Of a stretch of DNA of 64,000 bases, positions 57,692 through 64,000 are shown piece by piece (position 1 is the stretch's first letter; each line of letters starts with the position of its first letter). Position numbers and translations under genes: made by a program. The notes below the pieces were generated by a model. The model saw nothing but the letters and a program-made list of their open reading frames with translations. It had not been told where the DNA came from and made no database searches. The DNA is from a bacterium (lineage in GTDB: Bacteria > Verrucomicrobiota > Verrucomicrobiia > Limisphaerales > RI-55), in assembly GCA_031362805.1 (NCBI GenBank), contig JANLTG010000215.1, positions 13,522 to 77,521 of the forward strand, given 5' to 3'.

Positions 57692-60600
57692 CTACGGTTC
57701 GTTGAGGACGAGGCACTCGAAGGAGTCCTCCCACAGGAAGATGGTTTCGATGACCGGTGAATGGCTGTACCAGAGTTCCCGCAAGCGCGCGCTGAGCCGC
57801 TCGAATTGGGAACTCTCCGGTTCGCGATACCACTCACCGTCGTTGAGCAGAATGTCGAACGGGTTGGTTTCAGCACTGGCGAACCAACCGCGGCCAGGGG
57901 CGAACTCCGGGTGCAGTCCGAACGGGCGGTCCTCTTCGGTGCGCTTGTTGAGGAAGATCAATTTGCCCGCCCGCTCGGTGACGAGCCAGCGATGGTACGG
58001 GCGGCCAAAGGCAAACTCGGCGAAGGGCGCGGGCGTGATGATCGCGCCGGCCTTGGCGATGCGGACCATTTCCCGGCACGCGGTCGCGGGATCGTCGAGG
58101 TGCTCAAAGACGTGATGACTGTAGGCAAAGTCGAACTCCTTGTCGCGGAACGGGAGCGGGCCGTCGATGCGGGCGTTGACAAAGCGAATGCCGCGGCGCG
58201 CGAAGGCTGCCACATCGATCGTGGGTCCATGGCCAAGGGCGCGCTCGGCGGGAGCGACATGTAAATCGACGGCGACGGTAGCGCCTGCCACCGGATTATT
58301 GCCACAACCGAGATCGACGATCGCCTTGCTCGCGCGCAGTCGCGCCTGCAGCAATTGATGACGCGCGTGCGGCTGCGGTTTCGCCGGCTTGGCCGGCCGG
58401 GCCGGTGAGTTGCGTCGGGCGTTGGGGGTGGCCTGCTTGCCGAGCAGGACTTCGTACATCGACGCTTCCAACGAATCGACGTCCTTGCGTTCAAAACGTC
58501 GCACTGAGTCCCGGGCTTTCAGCGTCAAACGGGCGCGGAGCAACGTATCGGTGCAGGCGAGGTTGATCGCGGCGGCGAGCGTCGCGGGATGCTCCAGCTC
58601 CTTGACGAGCAATCCATTTTCGTGGTGACGAACAACCTCATTCATCGGCGCGAGATCGGACGTGATCACCAGCGCTTCACAGGCCAGGGCCTCAATGAAC
58701 ACGATGCCAAAGCCTTCCTGTCGGCTGGGGGTGCAGAAGCAATCGCAGAAGCTGTAGTACTCGGGCAGCTCCCCGCTGGGTACGCTCTCGATAAAGTGGC
58801 AGCGGGCGCTCACGCCCAGCTCCTTCGCGAGCTGCGCATAGGGGCGCACGTCGCCCCGGCCCACGGCGATCACCGAGTAATCAGCCCCCAACAACGGCAG
58901 AGTCCGGATCACCGTATCGAGGTTTTTTTCGGCACTCTTCCGGCCCACGTGGAGAATCCGGTGCTTGCCGGGAAAACGTTGTTCAAATGCGGCGCGTCGT
59001 TGCGGAGCCTCGATCCGGCGGAACACCTCGAAGTCCACCCGGTTGGGAAGGGTGACAATTTGCGATTCAGCGACGCCGCGTGCCACCACCAACCGGCGGA
59101 CGACGTCGCTGACGGCGATGACCTGGTCGGCTTGGCGAATGGAATCATGCAACCAATCCGCACGTTGGTCGTGGACGGAGACGATCACCGGAACTCCGGG
59201 GACTTTTGCCGCGGTGGCAAAGTCGCAGGCCCAATAGCCGCCATAGGCGCGCACCACGTCGATGTTGAGCTCGCGGATTCGAGCCGCCAGTTCCCCTTCG
59301 GTGGTGGGGATGACCTGCATGCCGTGGGCGCAGCGGGCCACCGACTCCTTCGGTGACAGGCAGTAGACTTCATCAAAGCAGCCGGCGGGATTGTAGTAGC
59401 CCTTCAGCCAGCTCGCATAGCCCGCGCGTTCGTACGCTTCCAGCGGATCGCTCGGCACCACCGCCAGCCGGCGCGGCTCACGAACCTTGCCCGTCGTTCC
59501 CAGCAGGTAGCCTTGATCCAGTTGTTGCAACTGGGGCGCGGGCAGGTGCCGCAGAAAGCCATCGAGCTTTTGGCGCAGCGGTGCCAACTCGGCCGAGTCG
59601 AGGAAGTTGAGCGAATGCAACGGCCCGACCGTGAACTCCCGCACCGACTTCAATCCGGCCCGCGCGAACAGCTGGGCCAGCGAGTGCTTGGGATCTTCAT
59701 AGCCGTATTTCCACCGGCCGCCCTGCTCCTGATCGGACTTGCCAATCCGGTAGGCCAGCGACCGCGCGTTGGGCACCAGGGAGAAAACTTGCTTGCGGGC
59801 AACGCGGCGGGATTCGCTCAGGATATGCACGATTTCGTCGTCGCTAAAATGTTCCAGCACGCCGCTGCTCCAGACGAAATCCACGGTGCCGTTGCCCAGC
59901 GGCAGAGGTTGGCGAAGGTCAACACAGTGCGTCGGCGGCGGTTCGAGTCCCAGCTCGCGGAAGACCGCCAGGCCGAAGTCGAGACAGGGCTGGCTGTAGT
60001 CGAGCAGGACGATCTTGCGCCCTTGCAGCGCCAGCCAGGCGGACATCGCGGCCGTGCCGCTGCCTTGTTCCAGCACCACATCGCCGGGTTGAGTCAGCTC
60101 GAGCACCGGCTTTACCCATTCGGGGACGTTGCCTTTGCGCACGCGGGCGGCGATCTCGCCGGGAGTCGCCCCCGCAGTGATGGCTTCATGCCACTCCTCC
60201 GAGTCCAAGGCGCGCGTCGTTCCCGCCGCCCGCTTTGCGCCTGGGCGCGGTTGCGCATTTTCTTCCGTAACAAGCTTCTCGCGGGACACCGGCGCAACGG
60301 CGGGTGCGGCGGACACCGGCTCGCTGGTTGGCGATGTCTTGTGGCCATGCCAGGCGACGAACAGGCCGTCGGCCGGCTTCTTATCATAGGCCACGAATTT
60401 CCATTCCGCTGCGCCACAGAGGGCGCGAAGCTGCGCGGTCAAAGGCTCGGGCTTGAACCATTTTTCCCAGGCCGGCGTCTTGAACGCACCCCAACGTTCC
60501 GCGTTCTTGTCGATCACGACCAGGTGTCCGCCGGGCTTGAGCAGGCGGTTCATTTCCCGCAAAGCGGCGGCCTCGCTCTGGGCGTGTTCCAGAGCCTCCA

Positions 60601-61795
60601 CGCAATAGAGCACGTCAAACGAGGCGTCCGGCCAGGGCAGTTGCAGCATGCTGCCGAGCCGCGTGGGAATGCCCGGCGGCACGGACTTCAATAGCTCGGC
60701 GGAGATGTCCACGCCGCTGATCAGGGCGCGCGGGAACCGCTGGCGGAGGGACGCGGCGAAACGGCCCTTGCCGCACCCCACATCCAAAACGGTGCGCCCG
60801 TTCAGATCGCCGGCAAATTCACTGATCGCCCGGAGTCGCCCATCTTCGGCGTTGATCTGGGTGGGAAAGACCGCGTGTTCGGCGTCGAAGAACTGCGTGA
60901 CGCGCGCGTTGCACGCGTCGATGTAGAACTTGACCGCCCAGCTGAGTTCCGCTGCCGGGAAGTAGGTGGCGGCCACGCCATAGCTGCCGAAGAAGCCCCC
61001 CGAGGGATTCATGCACTTCTCGGCAAACGCCAGCGTCCGATCCGCCCGGGCGCGATCCCCGAGTTTGTACCAAACGCTGGCCGCCTGGATCTGCCCCGGG
61101 GCGCAAAGCCAGGGGGCATCAAAGAAACCGGGCAAGGCACCGTTGTCCTGCTGGTAGCGAGCGAGCTGATCCATGCCCTGCTTCGCGAGTTCGCATTCAC
61201 CCAGGTCAAACAAGGCTTCCTGGATGTAACAGAACAAGTGAGTCAACATGTGACTCTGTTCAAAATTCGTGAGCTCAATGTTCTCGAGGTACCACCGTTT
61301 GCTCCGGGTTACGAAGTCGAGATAACGCGGCTCACCGAGTTGTTTGCCGGCCCGTTGCAGCGGCCACAGCGCGTAGAGATGCACGCCTTCGCTGACACTG
61401 CCGCGCTTGCCCATGCCCCAGGCACCGCCGTTCGGAACGAGGAGGCGGCCCGTGGCCGGATCGGCCGATTGAATCAACCAATCACACGCCCGGCGCAGGG
61501 GCTTTTCGAGCTCTGGGCGGGTCGGCAATAGTTCGACCCAGCCACGAATCACCTGGCCGGTGTCAAAGGCATAGGGCGCCTTGCCGTCGGGATCCAGAAA
61601 CGAGCCGTCCGGCTGTTGGATCGCACACAGGTGATCCGCGTATTGATTCGCGAGCGGCCGCTCCCCGATGGAGAGCAATGTGGGTATGAAGTAGCCGGTG
61701 ACCTCCGGGTAACAAATGCGCTTCCGGCTATGTACCATGATGCCGCCGTCTTGAAGGGTGTGGCGTTTGATCCACTTGATTGCCTGGTCGATCAT
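57692..61795 (-). CDS. Large (1,367 aa) multidomain protein: prenyltransferase/terpene-cyclase-like alpha/alpha toroid, three SAM-methyltransferase domains and a GT4 glycosyltransferase
   Basis: The N-terminus has QQPDGSF (about 61601-61620), QQDNGALPGF and NPSGGFFGSYG repeats. MT motif I: VLDVGCGKGR 60761-60796, VVLEQGSGTAAMS 60041-60085, IVDLGCGNNP 58281-58325. GT4 motif QEGFGIVFIEALACEALVITSD 58661-58726. ATGA overlap with the upstream epimerase gene. Confidence 0.85.
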   Translation of the reverse strand: MIDQAIKWIKRHTLQDGGIMVHSRKRICYPEVTGYFIPTLLSIGERPLANQYADHLCAIQQPDGSFLDPDGKAPYAFDTGQVIRGWVELLPTRPELEKPLRRACDWLIQSADPATGRLLVPNGGAWGMGKRGSVSEGVHLYALWPLQRAGKQLGEPRYLDFVTRSKRWYLENIELTNFEQSHMLTHLFCYIQEALFDLGECELAKQGMDQLARYQQDNGALPGFFDAPWLCAPGQIQAASVWYKLGDRARADRTLAFAEKCMNPSGGFFGSYGVAATYFPAAELSWAVKFYIDACNARVTQFFDAEHAVFPTQINAEDGRLRAISEFAGDLNGRTVLDVGCGKGRFAASLRQRFPRALISGVDISAELLKSVPPGIPTRLGSMLQLPWPDASFDVLYCVEALEHAQSEAAALREMNRLLKPGGHLVVIDKNAERWGAFKTPAWEKWFKPEPLTAQLRALCGAAEWKFVAYDKKPADGLFVAWHGHKTSPTSEPVSAAPAVAPVSREKLVTEENAQPRPGAKRAAGTTRALDSEEWHEAITAGATPGEIAARVRKGNVPEWVKPVLELTQPGDVVLEQGSGTAAMSAWLALQGRKIVLLDYSQPCLDFGLAVFRELGLEPPPTHCVDLRQPLPLGNGTVDFVWSSGVLEHFSDDEIVHILSESRRVARKQVFSLVPNARSLAYRIGKSDQEQGGRWKYGYEDPKHSLAQLFARAGLKSVREFTVGPLHSLNFLDSAELAPLRQKLDGFLRHLPAPQLQQLDQGYLLGTTGKVREPRRLAVVPSDPLEAYERAGYASWLKGYYNPAGCFDEVYCLSPKESVARCAHGMQVIPTTEGELAARIRELNIDVVRAYGGYWACDFATAAKVPGVPVIVSVHDQRADWLHDSIRQADQVIAVSDVVRRLVVARGVAESQIVTLPNRVDFEVFRRIEAPQRRAAFEQRFPGKHRILHVGRKSAEKNLDTVIRTLPLLGADYSVIAVGRGDVRPYAQLAKELGVSARCHFIESVPSGELPEYYSFCDCFCTPSRQEGFGIVFIEALACEALVITSDLAPMNEVVRHHENGLLVKELEHPATLAAAINLACTDTLLRARLTLKARDSVRRFERKDVDSLEASMYEVLLGKQATPNARRNSPARPAKPAKPQPHARHQLLQARLRASKAIVDLGCGNNPVAGATVAVDLHVAPAERALGHGPTIDVAAFARRGIRFVNARIDGPLPFRDKEFDFAYSHHVFEHLDDPATACREMVRIAKAGAIITPAPFAEFAFGRPYHRWLVTERAGKLIFLNKRTEEDRPFGLHPEFAPGRGWFASAETNPFDILLNDGEWYREPESSQFERLSARLRELWYSHSPVIETIFLWEDSFECLVLNEP

Positions 61796-62970
61796 GGGCG
61801 GGTGAGTTCGGGTTGGGGATGCAACTTGAAATGGGGTTTGGAACTTCCCAGCAGCAGTCGGCGGGCGATGCGCTGCGCGGCCCGGCCGTCGCCAAACGGA
61901 CTGGCGGGCCGGCTCATGGCGGCGTGCAGATCGTCGTTGAGCAACAGCGACTCCACCACGGCGGCGATCACCCCGGCGTCCGTGCCGACGAGTTGCGCCA
62001 TGCCGGCCTCGACGGCTTCGGGACGTTCGGTCTTTTCGCGGAGCACCAAGACCGGCACGCCGAGGCTGGGTGCTTCTTCCTGCAGCCCGCCCGAATCAGT
62101 CATGACGAGCCAGCACTGCTTCAGGAGATGAATCATCTCGAGATACGGCAGCGGCTCGATGAGGTGAACGTTGGAAAGCTGTTGCAGGTAAGCTCCAGCC
62201 ACTTTCTGCACCGCCGGGTTGGGGTGAACCGGGAATACAAATTCGATGCGCCCCTCATGGCGCCGGGCCAGTCGCGCCACTGCGGAAAGCACCCGATCCA
62301 ACGGTTTTCCGTGATTCTCGCGCCGGTGGCAGGTCAGGAGGATGAGCTTGCGGGCCGGGTTTAGACGGGCCAGGAGATCGGGCAGGGGACCGGCGGAAGA
62401 AACGAGTTGTCGCGTGGCCCATTGCAACGTGTCCACCACGGTATTGCCGGTGAACTCGATCGCCTCCTCGGCGATGCGCTCGTCGAGCAGATTCTGGCGG
62501 GCCGAGGCGGTGGGCGCGAAATGAACATCCGCCACCTGCGTAACCAGGCGGCGGTTGATCTCTTCCGGAAAGGGTTGCTGCCGGTCGCCCGTGCGGAGGC
62601 CGGCCTCCACGTGGGCGACCTTCGCCTTGGCGTAAAATGCGGCGAGGGCGGCGGCGAGCGTGGTGGTGGTATCGCCCTGGACGAGCACCCAGTCCGGGGC
62701 TTTCGTCTGCCACAAGATGCCGAGCTTCTCGATGAGTGCGGCCAGCACCTCGGTCGGTCGCTGGCCCGGCTTCATGATCGCCAGGTCGAGATCGGGTCGG
62801 AGGTCGAACAGCTCGACCAGCGGCGCAATCATTTCCCGATGTTGCCCGGTCAGGCAGACCGTGACCTGGCAGTGCTCGGGGTGGCGGCGGAGTTCCTGGA
62901 TGACCGGAGCCAGTTTGATGGCTTCCGGGCGGGTTCCCAGAACGCACCAGATATTTTGCCGGGTGGGCAT
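61792..62970 (-). CDS. wecB: UDP-N-acetylglucosamine 2-epimerase (WecB/NeuC family; hydrolysing versus non-hydrolysing type not resolved)
   Basis: 392 aa. VLGTRPEAIKLAPV, VQGDTTT, HVEAGLRT, TDSGGLQEEAPSLGVPVLVLRE motifs. Confidence 0.85.
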   Translation of the reverse strand: MPTRQNIWCVLGTRPEAIKLAPVIQELRRHPEHCQVTVCLTGQHREMIAPLVELFDLRPDLDLAIMKPGQRPTEVLAALIEKLGILWQTKAPDWVLVQGDTTTTLAAALAAFYAKAKVAHVEAGLRTGDRQQPFPEEINRRLVTQVADVHFAPTASARQNLLDERIAEEAIEFTGNTVVDTLQWATRQLVSSAGPLPDLLARLNPARKLILLTCHRRENHGKPLDRVLSAVARLARRHEGRIEFVFPVHPNPAVQKVAGAYLQQLSNVHLIEPLPYLEMIHLLKQCWLVMTDSGGLQEEAPSLGVPVLVLREKTERPEAVEAGMAQLVGTDAGVIAAVVESLLLNDDLHAAMSRPASPFGDGRAAQRIARRLLLGSSKPHFKLHPQPELTRP

Positions 62971-63122
62971 GGCGACCTCATCTTCCTTGACGGGTGCAAC
63001 CGGTGTTCCCTTTTCCTGCGCTGCTGCTGGCGGGCGGTGGCCGCAGGGCGGTCGGGCCGGGCCCGAAAGTTTAGCGGTGCGGCCGCTGGCTCAGCGGAAA
63101 AGCGGGACGTGCCGGCGCGCCG

Positions 63123-63932
63123 TTATTGGAGCAACCGGAGCACGCTTTGCGGGAGCTGGTTCGCCTGCGCGAGCATCGCGGTGCCAGATTGCACGAGGAT
63201 GTTGTAGCGGGCGTACTGTGTGGATTCGTCCGCGACATCGACGTCTTGAATGACGGAGCTGGCGGCAGAGAGATTTTCGCGGCTGACCATGAGCTGCTCG
63301 GAGGTGAAGTTCAAACGGCTCTGGTAGGCGCCGATGTTGGCGCGGTCCGAGGCGAGCTGCGTGATCGCAGCCTTGACGCTGTTCAGCGCGGCCACGGCGG
63401 CGGCCGTCGTGGAGATCACCGTCGTGTTCGCCGTGGCGTTGGCGTATTGGGAGATGGTCAGGTCGATGCCGTTCATCGTGAACGTCCCGCCTTCGGAATC
63501 GATGGTCACGTTGAGCGGGGTGACGGAGAACAGGCTGACGCCGTTGAACTCGCGGGCGGAGGTGTTCGTCACGTAGCCCTGCAGCTGGGTGAACTCAGAA
63601 TTGTAAAGCGCGCGGTCCGCGTCGGACTTGGTGACGTCCTGCGCGAGGATCGCCAGTTCGCTCATGCGATCGTAGGCCTTGGCGACCTTCTTCAGGTAGC
63701 CGTCCTGCGTCTGCGTGAAGGAGATGGCGTTGCCCACGTTGGACTTCGCGGCGGCGAGGCGCTTGATCTGCGCGTCGAGCCGCGAGGCCACCGCGAGGCC
63801 GGCGGCGTCGTCGGCGGGGTTGACGATTTTGGAGCCGCTGCTCAAGCGCGAAAGCGACTTGCTCAGCATGTCCGTGCTGGTTTGCAGGTTGGAGGCGGCG
63901 GCCTGGGCCTGCGTATTTGTATTGATGACCAT
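63123..63932 (-). CDS. fliC: Flagellin (short, D0/D1-only type)
   Basis: 269 aa. N-terminus MVINTNTQAQAAASNLQTSTDMLSKSLSRLSSGSKIVNPADDAAGLAVASRL and C-terminus LAQANQLPQSVLRLLQ are canonical flagellin termini. Confidence 0.95.
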   Translation of the reverse strand: MVINTNTQAQAAASNLQTSTDMLSKSLSRLSSGSKIVNPADDAAGLAVASRLDAQIKRLAAAKSNVGNAISFTQTQDGYLKKVAKAYDRMSELAILAQDVTKSDADRALYNSEFTQLQGYVTNTSAREFNGVSLFSVTPLNVTIDSEGGTFTMNGIDLTISQYANATANTTVISTTAAAVAALNSVKAAITQLASDRANIGAYQSRLNFTSEQLMVSRENLSAASSVIQDVDVADESTQYARYNILVQSGTAMLAQANQLPQSVLRLLQ

Positions 63933-64000
63933 ACTATCTTTGGTGGTGGTGGTTGGTTGCTCTAGTTCGTTGGCGTTCCTTGCCGGGCGGCGTCATTTGA

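Noticed and set aside
57673-57876. 68-codon N-terminal extension of the giant ORF (track start 57876)
   Set aside because: It overlaps the 3' end of the upstream 1,367-aa gene in another frame and is Ser/Arg/Pro low complexity. ATG at 57672, 19 nt after the upstream stop, is the more economical start.
63933-64000. Sigma-28 (TAAA-N15-GCCGATAA) promoter upstream of flagellin
   Set aside because: Only a weak GCCAACGAA -10-like element is present, without a correctly spaced -35. The window ends 68 nt upstream, so the promoter may lie outside it.

Overview
GC-rich bacterial chromosome segment. The gene content (DUF1501, DUF885, PQQ beta-propeller) and the intergenic repeats that translate as 'AALQNLADA' or 'FGFRISDF' suggest the PVC superphylum, probably a Verrucomicrobiota/Opitutales-like organism; this is inference, since no search was run. 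All calls come from reading the supplied ORF translations and the DNA by eye. About 50 credible CDSs are present, with no rRNA, canonical tRNA or CRISPR array. Core content: ilvN-ilvC behind a candidate Val/Ile leader-peptide attenuator, accA, trpF, fba, queE, ugd, hldD, an acyl-CoA ligase, a CBS-type family II pyrophosphatase, an ECF sigma/anti-sigma pair, a cheR-cheD-HDOD-cheB adaptation operon, and a liv-type branched-chain amino acid ABC transporter with two tandem binding proteins. Accessory content: three type II toxin-antitoxin pairs (MazEF-like bracketed by direct repeats, ParE/RelE-like, and RHH+PIN inserted by codon overlap inside the liv operon), an AT-rich two-gene orphan cassette at 18.1-19.8 kb, several other orphan genes, a serine-protease remnant, and many REP-like palindromic intergenic elements. 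The most striking locus is 48.0-63.9 kb on the minus strand. A short flagellin gene is followed by a UDP-GlcNAc 2-epimerase and two giant ORFs of 1,367 and about 3,217 aa. By motif count these two carry 5 SAM-methyltransferase, 6 GT-A-type and 2 GT-B-type glycosyltransferase modules, an alpha/alpha-toroid domain and several TPR blocks. I read this as a candidate flagellin-glycan 'megasynthase'. Long antisense ORFs typical of GC-rich DNA were ignored.
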